From Chlorokybus atmophyticus (lineage: Eukaryota > Plantae > Mesostigma and Chlorokybus algae): 64,000 nucleotides of DNA. Positions 46,269-58,400 of the stretch are shown here, piece by piece; positions within the stretch are counted from its first letter, which is position 1; each line of letters starts with the position of its first letter. The position numbers were made by a program, and so were the translations under genes. The notes below the pieces were generated by a model. It was given only the letters and a program-made list of their open reading frames with translations. It was not told the DNA's origin and searched no databases. Location of the stretch: positions 1 to 64,000 of the forward strand of contig RHPI01003116.1 of assembly GCA_009103225.1 (NCBI GenBank). The letters are read 5' to 3'.

Positions 46269-48375
46269 CATGGCCTGTGTGCATATAGCCTTGCACTCTG
46301 TGCATGTGTGGCTGAATCCTCCAGGGCATACTGAATGCTCACGCGAGAGTGTGCATGCCACTTGCAGGCTGTGCTAGTACTGCCTAGTGTTCTGGGTGAA
46401 ACCGGTTATGGTGCTGGCATAAGCGACGGCGCTGCGGTGTGCATTAATGCATAGACTGGCACTGAGTGGTTGACATCACACTGAGGTGGTGGTTGTAACA
46501 GTAGAATCAACGCTTGCTTGTATAGTGGGCCTTCTGTTTTTGTGTGCACTCTGAATGATAGTGTACTTATTGCTGTTTCTTGCTAAGCAGACATGAAAGG
46601 CAATGCTGGGTTGACTTTTAGGGCAAGCATATGACCTTGCCAAGTTGTGTGGTGACATGGAGGTGATGAAGCAACGCCATGCAGAGAAGCTGTTCAAGAT
46701 GGCAGCTGTGCTTGCCAACAAATCCAAATGTTGCCCCGCCTTTAGTTTTTCATAGGCAACTCAAATGGGAAGGGTAAGGACATTGGCACGCTGTTGCATT
46801 ACTGATTGTCCGACGGTAAACGTGCATTGAAAGCCAGTGGCATGCTGCCAACTGACAAGGCAAGAGCGGTGGCCCTAATGGCATCGGTTTCGAGAGGGAA
46901 TGCTGCACGCTTGTGAGAAGGGGCTGAACCTCGTCTCAATTCGAAGGGCATGGACACGGAGACATTGAATGTCTTCCAAGGTGCCCTTCTTCAAGCATTT
47001 CGAGGTATCAATCCTTCCCTCGAGGCACGTAACAAGTTGGCAACATGATGCATGCGCTCCAACCAGATGGTTGAAGAGTTTCATTTGTACTTCATGGCGT
47101 TGGTTGCTAAGATTTGCACGGACAAGGCTGATAAAATGGATAAGTTCAAGCGTTAGCTGCCCGCACATGTGCAAGAGCAATTGATCTTTAAGCCGATGTA
47201 CATGGGCTTGCATCATATACAGATCAGGACTTTGACTCCATGGTCAAGACGGCTATTAAGTATGACAATCAGCAACGCATAATTGCTCAGACCAACAAGC
47301 TGTCTGTGAGTAAACGCCCTACCACTTGTGCCAAAGCTGGGAAGCGCTCCTTTACGCATGTGGCCAAAGGCACGTACAAGGGTAAAGGCAAGAAGCCTTA
47401 TGAGGTCAATGGCAACGGCAAAAGGCCTCGCACTGCTGCTAAGGTCGTGAATATCCCCATTGATGTCAAGAGGTTCAAGCTAGGGAAGTGCCTCATGTGT
47501 GCACAGAACGAGCACCGAATGGTGGCGTGTCCAGACTCAGCAAAGACAAGCGACACCGCATAAGGGTGCAGGGTAGAGAGCTGTGAAGACTTGGCCGTGA
47601 CACCTACAGCTAGTGCTGCTACTTCCGGTATTGTGCTTGCTTCTGTACATAAGTTTGATAACAAGACACTTGTCATGTTTGGTCATGGAAGTATGTTGCT
47701 TACCTGCCATACTGCAGTGCATAATGATAATATGGGTGTGCCTGTTGACAGTGATTTCTTGTTACATGATTGTTTTGGAAAACAATCAGCTGGTAAGCTG
47801 TCTCAAGCACTATATAAGGTGCAAGAGTGAAAGTGAGTACTTGGATGACATTTTTGTGATCGGTAAGGACGAGGCTTTGCATGTCTCACATGTGCGCGAG
47901 GTGTTGCAAACATCACGAGAGCTCAAATTCTACATGGTTATGGAAAAGTGTGAGTTTGGGAAGGCCGAGTTGAATCCTGGGTCACATGCTCAGCAAGGAT
48001 GGCATTCGTGTCGATCTTTTAAAGGTAAGTGCAATCAAGAACTGGCCAGAGCCTGTGAATGTACATGAGTTACGTACTTTGGCTGTGCAACTACTTTCAT
48101 AAGTTCATTTTAGGGTACTCTGGTAGAGTGGCCCCTCTCACCGATCTGACCAAGGAAAGAATGAGGTGGGAGTGGACACAAAGGTAGCATGAGGCCTTAA
48201 AGTCAGTACAAAGAGGTTTGATGCAAGCTTGTACTTAAGTTGCCCAGCTTCAGCCAGCCCCTTGGGAAGTTGTGTGTATTGCATCTGTAACTGGCACAGG
48301 TGCCGTGTTGATACAGGACGGTCACCCTCTTGCATACTTGAGCCTGAAGTTTTCTCCAGATGAGAAGAACTATAC

Positions 48376-48703
48376 TAAGGAGAGGGGGTGCTACCTTCTC
48401 TCTTTTATCCCCTACCCCAACACCGCCATTAGCCACGCCGACCACACCGCCAGGGGCAGCTGCCGGAGTAGAAGCTCCCTTGGCTATGGCGGCCGCTGCG
48501 TTAGCAATGCCGCTATACATCTGATATCGACATGAGGCTCATGTCTCATATGGATATCAATTATAGAGAAGTAACACTATATTAGGGCCTTAACATCAAG
48601 TCAACAGCCTCAATACGGCCTTTATTGCCTGTATATACCCGTTGGGACCCTGATTTAAGCCTAAATAAGGGCGGGGACCCTCTATAGGTAGCACTCCGTT
48701 ACA
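48376..48703. mobile_element. Small insertion (solo-LTR- or MITE-like) with 5-bp TSD
   Basis: TATAC at 48371-48375 and 48704-48708. Inverted GTGCTACC / GGTAGCAC near the ends, right end ..TTACA. Excision restores the RNase H reading KNYT-TTKQELL. Confidence 0.7.
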
Positions 48704-50085
48704 TATACGACCACAAAGCAAGAGCTCTTAAAAGTAGTGCATGCGCGCAGGAAGTGGCGCTGTTACTTAAAGGGGGTGGAAGGCGGCTTCACGGTGATAA
48801 CCAACTATAACCCACTCACTTTCTTATAAACCCAACCAACTTTGTCACGAAGACAAGCAGGGTGGGCAGAGTGTTTGTCTCGCTTTAACTTTACCTGGGT
48901 TTATAGGCTTGGAAGAGTGAACATGGTTGATCCCTTCAGCCGCTCGCCACTGTTGCTGGCAGCAATAATGCGGGCGCGTGGGGTGTCTGCTGTAAACCCC
49001 AAATAAGAGAGCAAACCCAACAATTGGAGCAACGACTAGGTCTCAAGTATGGAGACAGTTTCAGTTACAGCTACCTGACACATTTGTACGTGACTTGTCG
49101 CAGACTGATGCTCAACTCAGCGGGGAGGTGTTGGTCAGCCAAGAAGGCGTTATTACTGAGAGGCCAAACACTAATGAGGAGGACCTTATTAACCAATGGA
49201 CGGGCACAAGTGTGGAAGTTGATGCACTTGATATGCTAGAGCGATGGTCTCAAGCATACTCAACAGATCCCTGGTTCCTCAGCTTGCTCAGATAAGCAGA
49301 TGCGGACTCAGTGTGCCGCAATGGTTGTTGGTACTACAAAGGGAGACTGATTGTGCCTGACATGCTGAACCTATAAAACTGCATGTATGAAGCACACAAT
49401 GCTGCGTACAGCGAGCACATGGGCATGGAGAAGACCATCAACTCGCTGGAGTGCTTGTACTGGTGGCCCATCGTGGCAGCTGATGCAGCAAGGTATTTGC
49501 ATACCTGTGACATGTGTCAGCGCAACAAGGCGTCGCGCAAAAAGCTGTGTAGGTCTGTTGAAGCCACTTTTGATACCGAAGTATCAGTGGCAAAGTGTCA
49601 GTATGGATTCGATTAATAACTTGCCGGCCTGGGTAACAAGGAAAAGACACAGCGTTGTTATTGTTTTTATTGACCGCTTGACCAAGACGATGAGGTTAGA
49701 ACCTAGCCGCACCGATATTGATGCACGTGAGTTTGCATCATGTTCTGTCAATGCAGTGTTCAAGTCTCACGGGGTGTCACAAGAGTTGGTGTCAGATAAA
49801 GACTCAAAGTTTGTTAGCAAGTTTTGGCAAGCTGTGTGTGACTACATGGGCACCAAAAAGAGCCTAAATACAGCATACCATCCTCAATCTGATGGACAGT
49901 CATAAAGAGAGGGTGAACCATGTATTGGAAGACGTGCTGCGCAACTACACTTTGCTAAGGTATGACACCTGGGATGAGTATTTGCCTTTAGCAGAGCTTG
50001 CATTCAACAATGCCTAACATGAGTCCACACAGAGCACGCTGTTCTTCCTAAACTATGGGCGGCAGCTGTTAACCCCCATGGCTTT

Positions 50086-50324
50086 TGTCGTGCCTGCCAT
50101 GGTCGAGGGCAACCTTGTCTCGGACAGGCTGCGGAGGAGTGCTAGTGCTGCACGCATGCTAGTGCCGTGCACTGCATTGGAGTCATGCAAGCAAAAGACA
50201 ACCCCCCAATCGTGGGCATAAGCTTGAAGATGAGCCTACGCGGTGTTTAGTGCGGTGGACGAGCCGATGCCGCTCGCCACCTTTGTGTACAGACTGTGTC
50301 GTAGTGCACACAGTCAACAAGCCA
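50086..50324 (-). repeat. Terminal repeat B2 (239 bp) of the DNMT retroelement
   Basis: 232/239 identical to 50977-51215 by manual alignment (7 transitions). In sense orientation it ends ..GGCACGACA. Confidence 0.92.
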
Positions 50325-50618
50325 CTACGATAGGTAGTGCTGTAGACACAGTTCTTTGCATGAGCGGATAGAATGATACACTGTTAAGTGAGGTGAATGA
50401 GTGTGCAACACGTGGATACAACACCCTGACTACTGAAACAACACACCATCGACAAGCTCACAGCAATGACAGGCACAGCGCACAAGAGCATGCACCGTGT
50501 CTCACGCAGTAAGGGAATTCTTGGCAACTGGGGCAGCGTGCTTCCAGTTCAAGTCGCTTCACAAGCTCTTTAGAAACAGAGTCTTTACTTCTTAGTACTC
50601 CTAGTACTCACAGTACTC

Positions 50619-50666
50619 ACTTACAGTGTCACCAGCCAGTCTGGTGACGTGACTTCCTACTTATAC
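50619..50666 (-). promoter_or_regulatory. Putative LTR promoter (TATA-like TATAAG) and transcription start / self-primer segment in repeat A
   Basis: Sense-strand GTATAAGTAGG at ~50657-50667 lies ~25-30 nt upstream of GGTGACACTGTAAGT (50633-50619). That 15-mer is the exact complement of the PBS-position sequence at 60873-60887. Confidence 0.5.
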
Positions 50667-50976
50667 ATGTCAAATCATGACTGTGCAGTGCCACGCGGGC
50701 ACTAGGCCAACGGTCACATCGAGGCCTCATGCTATTTCGGAAATCTCCTAAGACTCGATATAGCACATGCGTGATTAACAGACTTGCAACTGATCAGCTA
50801 TGCGCGGTCCCTACAGACAGGTCTATAAAGTAGCCCTAGCTACATGCTACATGAGTGGTAAAGTAGCTAGCAGTAGGCTGGGGCTCGCGCGGTCTTCATG
50901 CTGGTAGTCCGGGCGTGGGGCTGGGTGTAGGCATGCTTGAGAAGAACTGGCATGCGAGGGTAGATGGCATGACAGC

Positions 50977-51215
50977 TGTCGTGCCTGCCATGGTCGAGGG
51001 CAACCTTGTCTTGGACAGGTTGCGGAGGAGTGCTAGTGCTGCACGCATGCTGGTGCCGTGCACTGCATTGGAGTCATGCAAGCAAAAGACAACCCCCCAA
51101 TCGTGGGCATAGGTTTGAAGATGAGCCTACGCGGTGTTTGGTGCGGTGGACGAGCCGATGCCGCTCGCCACCTTTGTGTACAAACTGTGTCGTAGTGCAC
51201 ACAGTCAACAAGCCA
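50977..51215 (-). repeat. Internal repeat B1 (239 bp), directly after the polypurine tract
   Basis: Paralog of 50086-50324. In sense orientation it starts TGGCTTG immediately after GGGGGGG. Confidence 0.92.
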
Positions 51216-51289
51216 CCCCCCCTGAGATTCTGGGGTAGCCCTCTGCTCCAGAACTCAGTTCCTACCGACTGTGTGGGGGACCGTTGATG

Positions 51290-51430
51290 CGGCAGTCATC
51301 GCACCAGTACTCCCACAAGGGTACTGCGTCCAGTGGAGGGTCAAGGCAGTAGCAGTGCATGCCTTGATTACAGCCGTCGCATAACATCATCAATGGGTCG
51401 TCGTCAGCGCTGCCACACTTCTCGCATCGG
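51290..51430 (-). CDS. PHD finger (C4HC3) at the integrase C-terminus
   Basis: CEKCGSADDDPLMMLCDGCNQGMHCYCLDPPLDAVPLWEYWCDDC has the full C4HC3 pattern. It lies one frameshift/deletion (~51500) from the integrase frame. Confidence 0.88.
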
Positions 51431-54400
51431 GTGCTGCGCAGCGGACGCGGATGCTGGATCTTGGTGAAGCCAGCAATGTAGGGGAGATGACAGGTTGTCC
51501 CAACAGGTCCAGTACCCCTGTGGGGTGCACCTTCAATACCTTGTAGACAGCACGCCCGACGGAGGTATCGAGGGTGTCGCGTGTAGACGCCATACGGTAG
51601 ACGAAGTCTCCTGACTCGAAGCGGCGCTCCCGCTCCTTGTAGAAACCACTGCGCACACGCTCGTAACGCAGCGTGTCGCGGTGCTGCGCGATGCGCAGGT
51701 TGTTGAAGGCCATGGGGACTGTGTGTTCGAACAGCGCACTGCGCACTGTCAGACCGAACAGTAGATAGTATGGGCTGTACTCTCGCAGGGCTGCCTGCTT
51801 GGACAGCCGGTAGCCCATTGCTACCCATGAGAGGTGATCATCCCAGGTATTCTTCTCGTAGGCAAGGACGTACTTGCGCAGTGCCTTCTTGATGGTCTGC
51901 ACGGTACGCTCGGCGAGGCCGTCGGCCTGTGGGTGGTCGCGTGAGGTGCGACGGTGGTCGATGAAGCATCTGTCGATAAGCTTGTCGAAGGCTCCTCTGA
52001 ACTCCGTACCCTGGTCGGTGATGACTTCAGCGCAGCTGCCGAAGCGTCCGAGTACATGGGAGAGGAAAGCCTGGGCTACTCCCTCACTGCTCTTGTCGGG
52101 CAGGGGCACCAGCTCCACCCACTTGGAGAAGTGCTCGATCATGACGAGGATGTAGCGGTTGCCTCGCGCTGAGGGCGCTAGGTCTCCGAGGATGTCCAGT
52201 CCCCAGCGGTAGAACAACCCGGAAATGGGAAGGGGATGCAAGGTGGCATTGCGCGTGTTGAGGCTGGCGCGAACCATGTCACACTGCTGACAGTTGCTGA
52301 CGAACTCCCGCACCTGTCTGTGCACCCCATACCACCAGTACTGGGTCCTGACCAGGCTGACCGTGCGCTTGACGCCGAAGTGCCCGAGCTCGGTGTGAAG
52401 GGAGGAGATGATGCCTTCACGTGCAGCTGGTGTGGGGACCTCCTGATCTTTTGTATCCGTCGATACAGCCTGTCGTTGGCCCAGCGGTAACGCTGAGTGC
52501 GTTGCCGAACGCGGTCCTTCTCGCGTGCGCTCATGCCTGCTGGAAGTTGTCCAGTCTGAAGCAGTGCGAGGGATGGCTCGTCCAGCTAGATGTCTTGTCG
52601 TGTGTCGGTGGGTGCCAACTCCTCATCATCTACCTTAGGGTCGGCCGCGATTGCTTCTTCTGATAAAGGATCGGTGGTGGTGATGGCGGGCTCGAGAGCG
52701 GGCATGTCCCCGTCTGCTGCTGCCTCAGCGGTCTGAGTCCTGCGTCCCGAGCGTAGCGTAGCGACAGTGAACATGGTGGCCACACCTGAAGGTGCAGCTG
52801 TAGGACCCAACTCATGTCGGGCGCCTGTGGCGTCGTTGGTGCTGAGGTGGGGGTTACGGCTGAGGCCATCCGCATCCTGGTTGGCAAGGCCTGCGCGGTG
52901 TTCCACCTCGAAGTCGTACTCCTGGAGCAGCAGCGCTTATCGTGCTAACTTTCCTGTCAAGTGCTGGTTGTTCATTAGCCACTTGAGGGGTTGATGGTCG
53001 GACCAGTTGGAACTGCCGTCCAAACAGGAAGGGTCGGAAGAAGGAGATGGCCCACACTGCGGCGAGACACTCCCCTTCGTAGCTGCTGTAGTTGGCCTCA
53101 GCACTGTTGTTGCTGCGGCTGGCGTACGACACTATGCGCTCCTTCTTGTTGTTGTCATGCTGTACGAGCACGGCCCCCATGCCGAGCTTGCTCCAGTCTG
53201 TGTGCAGGATGAACGACCTGGTGTAGTCAGGGCGTTGCAAAATGGGAGCTGTGGTGAGGCGGAGCTTCAGCTCCAAAAAGGCCTCATGTTGTGCCTCCTT
53301 CCACAAGAACTCGGTGTCCTTCTTCAGTAGTTCGTTGAGAGGCCTTGCGATCTTGGCAAAGTTTTTGACAAATTGGCGGTAATAGTTGGCAAGGCCGAGA
53401 AAGGCCCGCAGCCGCGTGAGGTCTGTGGGGGCAGGGATAGCCACCAGGGCCTCCACTTTGGCCTGCTGTACGTATACACCATGGGGCACAATCATGTGTC
53501 CTAGGTAAGGTACCTTGCGGGTGAAGAAGGTGCACTGGTCAGGGTGCACCGTCATCCCGACTTCCTTCAGCCTCTGTAGCACCTCTTCGATGTGCTGGAG
53601 ATGCTCCTCATTGCTGTGACTGAAGATGAGGATGTCGTTGATGTAGCAGCGCGCGAGGTCCAACCCCTTAAGGGTTTTGTCCATGACGCGCTGGAACTTG
53701 GCCGGAGCGTTCTTCAGTCCGAAGGGCATGACCTTCCACTGGTACAGCTGCCGGTTTCCCCAGAAGGAAGTCTTGTGCTTGTCCTCCTCCTTGATGGCGA
53801 TCTGGTTGTACCCTTGGCGCATATTCAGGATACTAAAGACCGTGCAGTCTCCTACATCGTCAAAGATGCCTTCCGCGGTAGGCATTTGATACCTGTCCTG
53901 CTTGGTCTTATTGTTGACGGGGCGATAGTCGCCACACATGCGCCGGTCTGTCCAGTTGCCTGCTGAATCTTTCTTCAAGGGCATGACGGTCGCCGCCGCA
54001 AAGTCCGATGTGGACTCCTCGATCAGGCCTGCATCTAGCAGCGCTTTGCACCTCTGTTCCACCAAGTCTTCTTCTAGCTTGGAGAGGCGGTACTGTCTTC
54101 TGAACACCGGTTCGGTGTCCACTAGTTCAATGTCCATCTGGTATGCTGAGCATATGCCCAGCTCCTTCACACTGAAGTTGAATTGGCTCCTCCACTTGTT
54201 GAGGAGAGCCTCGAGTTGCTCTCGAGTCTGGCCTGTGGCCAGCGGTCGAATGGCGTGGGACCACGAGGTAGCGTTGACGACCACTGGAATGTCTTCCACA
54301 GTGACTGCTGCCTGCTCCTCCATGTGGGCGGTCTCGAGGGCGGTGTGTGCTGCTTTGGTCTCTGAAAAGCGATCAATCCACCCCCCAGCCAGGTGTTCGA

Positions 54401-54439
54401 GCTCTTGGAAGGACACATGGCGGTCCTGGAGAGCAAAGC

Positions 54440-55400
54440 ACATTTCCAAGTACCACACCATGCTGTTCTGATCCATGGCGCGCCCTAACAACTGACACTG
54501 TTGACTGGTTGTCAGCGTGGAGCCTGTGATGCTGCCTGGAAAGAATCCCATAGCACGCTCGCGCTCGCGGGCATTGGGTTCTTCCAGCTGTCCAGTGTTG
54601 GAGTCCAACACCATGCCGTCGCCTCCATTGCGGAACGCGTAGGAGCCTGGATAGGATACAAGCGTGGGTAGTGCGCGGCGCGGCTGACCAGGCTGGTTGC
54701 ACTGGTAGAAGTGGTGGCGGTCACGGCGTGTGACCGGTTGCGCTGTGCGTCCAGGGTCCAGGATGTCATCGTCGACGAGATTTCGTGGCCGATTGCTGTA
54801 TAGGTATTCTGCCAGAAACAGGTCCTCCACAATGGCCAGGTTGGTCCACTTGGCGCGGACGCGGTGTGCGCGAGATCCATGACGCGCGGCGTTGATTTTG
54901 AGAGGATGCCCCAGCAAGGAGCATACTTGTCGATAGGCCTTGGCGACGTGATGCCGCTTGTCATCCTCGGAGTGCACATTCTCGATGATGTACCCCAAGG
55001 GCCTAGCGATCTGACTGGTCTGTAGGAGTTTGATGACTCTCATTAGCTCCCAGAACAGCTGTGAGCGAGGATCAGAGAGCCCTTGGCCTCTGCCTGCCCT
55101 GGAGTGCCCTTGACACTCCCATCCTGCTATCAGCAGGTCAATGTTGCCGACTGCCTGCAGGTGATCCTTGGTAATCCAGCGGATGTCCTGCGGTAGAGCC
55201 TTCTGGCTCCCTTGCAGTGCCGACAGTGGTAGCTGCTGCGGGTAGCGCTGGTGCAGCTGTCGTAAATGATGGCTCAGAGCCTCCTGTGCATGAGGGTCAG
55301 GGTCACAGTAGAGGTACTTGGTGACTGTTGTTCCTGTGTTGAGGACAGCCGCAAGCCCACTGCCTATGCCTCCGAACAGCTCCAGCACGGTGATGCCTTG
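54440..55400 (-). CDS. C5 cytosine DNA methyltransferase domain (DNMT3-like) in frame within the 1626-aa retrotransposon ORF 52854-57734
   Basis: Motif I VLELFGGIGSG; IV IDLLIAGWECQGHSRAG; VI YIIENV; VIII SRAHRVRAKWTNL; IX/X ERERAMGF..QQCQLLGRAM. All are in catalytic order and in the same frame as the flanking protease and RT. Confidence 0.9.
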
Positions 55401-58400
55401 TTGTCGGCGGAACATGTGGAACTCCACAACTCCCGTAGCTATGTGGTACTGCTCCTGCACTGTAGCCTGGTCTTTGTAGACAGGGAAGTGTGCAGTGAGC
55501 TGAGGCCTGGTCAGCAGCATGTGTGCTGCTACTTGTGCGCTCCAGCGACGCTCGGATGGCTCCTGAAAGGCCACTTCTTTGGTGACAGTCTCCTGAGACT
55601 CATCGTACGGTGTAAGAGAGTCCTCTTTAGCGTTTAGGCTCGGGCTCGAGCTCGTTGCAGTTGTCCTCGGCTGCGTTCGGGCACGAAGCACACATGAGCT
55701 TTTTGTAAGACTGTAGGTGGCTGCTGCAGCCGATCTTCGTTGCGAGCGGTCCTTGGCCACCAGTTCGAGAGGTAGGAATCCCTGCTCCTCTCCATCGTCC
55801 TCATCCCAATGCGGTCGAAACCATGCCTGCTCAGTCCAGCAGTCCATCCCCATGCCGACAGGGAAGTTGCAGTCCTGTCCCAGCAGTAGGTCAAAGGACT
55901 CGGCATCGGTGACGACACACCGTTGTACAATCTCGGTGCTGTGGGAAGGGTTTAGTCCTGTGAGGCGAATGCTCACAGCCTGCTTGGTAAGGCCAAGCAC
56001 CTTGTCGCGGTTGCCGGTTGCGGTGTCTAGCTGGTAGGGACAGGGAAGCAGCTCAGCGCTGGTGATGCCGAGATCTCGTGCGAGATAGCGCCCAATGATG
56101 ACAGGCTGTGCACCAGTGTCCAGCATCACGCGTTTGGGTGCCCGCCCATTGATGGTCACGTGCTTGCCTTGGTTGGCGATCATGGCTGCATTGGCGTTGA
56201 TGCGCAGCCTCTTGCAGCGACGGAACCTCTTGCGTGGAGAGACTGTTGCTTTACTCTCATCTGCGGGGCCTGACCGTAGGGCAGCCAGGGCTCCTCTGCC
56301 TGATGGATCTTGTGGGCCTTCTTGTTCTCGGCTTTGTCCAAACCGTCCTTGTCGCGGTTGCTGGTACACGCGTGGTGGCCTAGGCACTGGAGGTGCTGCT
56401 GCAACCTGTCCAAGTGGAGGTGCAGGAGGGTTGACCCTCTGTGCAGCTGTTGTCATGCCAAGAGGAGTGGCCAGTGGCTGTGGCGGGAACCCTGGAGGAC
56501 CTGGTGTTTGCGGGACTGCCTCTCGTGCAGCCTGCTCCTCTGCATAGGTCCATCGCACAGTATGGGCTGCCTCTCTGACTAGTGTACCTTCCCATGTAGC
56601 CGCCGCATTGTTGTCCACATCTATATAGCGATGGTTCTGAGGCATGGGCTGCAGGTACACTGCGCGTAGGAGCCGAGCTGTCATGTCGTGGGTGATGGTG
56701 GGCACCCTGAGGATCCCTGCCATGCAAGCGTCCCATCTGCCGTTGACCACTCCCACTTCCAGCACTGTTATTGCTCGTGTGCGTACAGTGAGGCGGGTCT
56801 CTGGCTGCTGGACATGCTGCTCGTAAGCAGCGATGCGCCTGCGCTGACGTCCTGCCTCCACTCCTGGCAAACTCAGTATAGCCTCCAGAGCTCCCTCCAG
56901 AGTGTCAGTGGCGGCGGAAGCCACTTCATCATAGGCTTGTCGTATGGAGCGAAAGAACGCGTCCACCCACGCTATTCTGGTGCCGAATGCGAACAACGGG
57001 ACTGCGGGATGGTTGGTGACCAGCCACGTCACTAACCGTGCGCGTGCCGCGTTGCCATTGTCTCGCATCCCAAGCATCTGCCGAAGTCCGATGCCTTCTT
57101 GCCGATGCAGCATGGTTGCTTGTCGCAACAGAGCAGTGCGTAGTTGTTGCTCTCCAACCAGTCCTGCTCCATCTCTTTGTGTACACCCTTGTGGTGTAAG
57201 GTAGCCCCTCCCTGGCTCCCTTTCGTCCTCAGGTAGATCCTCCACCAGCGCAGGCAGCAACGGGGCGATCACCCCCCTGGTTTGTTGAGCCAACGCCCTC
57301 GCTTGGTCAGAGTTGGTCTCGACGAAGAGCGGAGTGGTGCTGGAGGATGGACCAGCAGTTGGTGACTGAGGTATTGGTGCACGTGTAGCTTCAAGAGCTT
57401 GTTCACGTGCAGCAATGGCGGCAGCTTGATCCTGTCGCCAATGATATGCTTGTTCCAGTGCGTGGTAGCGCTGATGAAGACGAGCGGTTGTAGGAGGTCC
57501 GAGTGCTTCATCAGTGCCCAAAGGCAGGTCGGCTGCGTCGGCGATGCGCTGCTGGACGGCGTCTCGGCGGTCCCGATACGTGTCCAACGGGCTGGGTTCA
57601 AAGGTGGTGGTTGGCATGCGTGCAGGCTGGCGCGGGGCGATCTGCATGTTGTTGTGCAACGCCCAAAAAAGCTGCAGAGCCAACTCCAACACTACAGGTG
57701 GGCTGTAGCTGATCAAAAACACCCTGTCACGCATCGGAGGTGCAGTGCCAGCAATGATCTCATCTTCTAATTGGTGTTAAGTGAGTGCTGGAAGGGTGTA
57801 AACCTCTGGTAGCGGGAAGACGCGATCATCGCGGGCGACACGCGTGGTGCGCTCCCCCCCCCCGACTGAAGGCGATGGTAGTGGGGTCTGCTCCGCGCAG
57901 GATGGTTTCCCATGCTCGCTCAGCTTGCTGACCAGTTGGGACAGCCTGAGTGACGTCGAGAGCGGGCAGAGTGGCTACGCGCGTCGCTGCAGAGACAGCG
58001 GGCTCGACGATGGCCATTGTGGCAGTTGCGACGGTATCGGTCGGTGGTGCGAGAGTTGTCTCAACGTTTATGGACAGAGGCACTGCTGCAGTGGGAAGTG
58101 CACCGCCCACTGGTGCAGATTCGGTAGAGATGGCGGCTGCCGCTAGTGTGCTCACCAGCGTCGGCGTCACGGTGCCCACCGGTGTACCAGGTTGTGGTGC
58201 AACTGGAGTGGGTACTGCTGACGTTGGTGGAGTCGACGTTGTAGCCGGTGTGGCTGTTGCTGCGGAGGCAGCACCACTGGTGGCTTCGGAGGAGGTGCCT
58301 GCTGATGTTGTTGCAGCTTCCCCTCGTGCTCGTCGTGATGGTTGCACGCGGGACGGAGTGTTCCCGTCTCTTTCGCGTTTTGCAGCCATCAGCGCCCATC

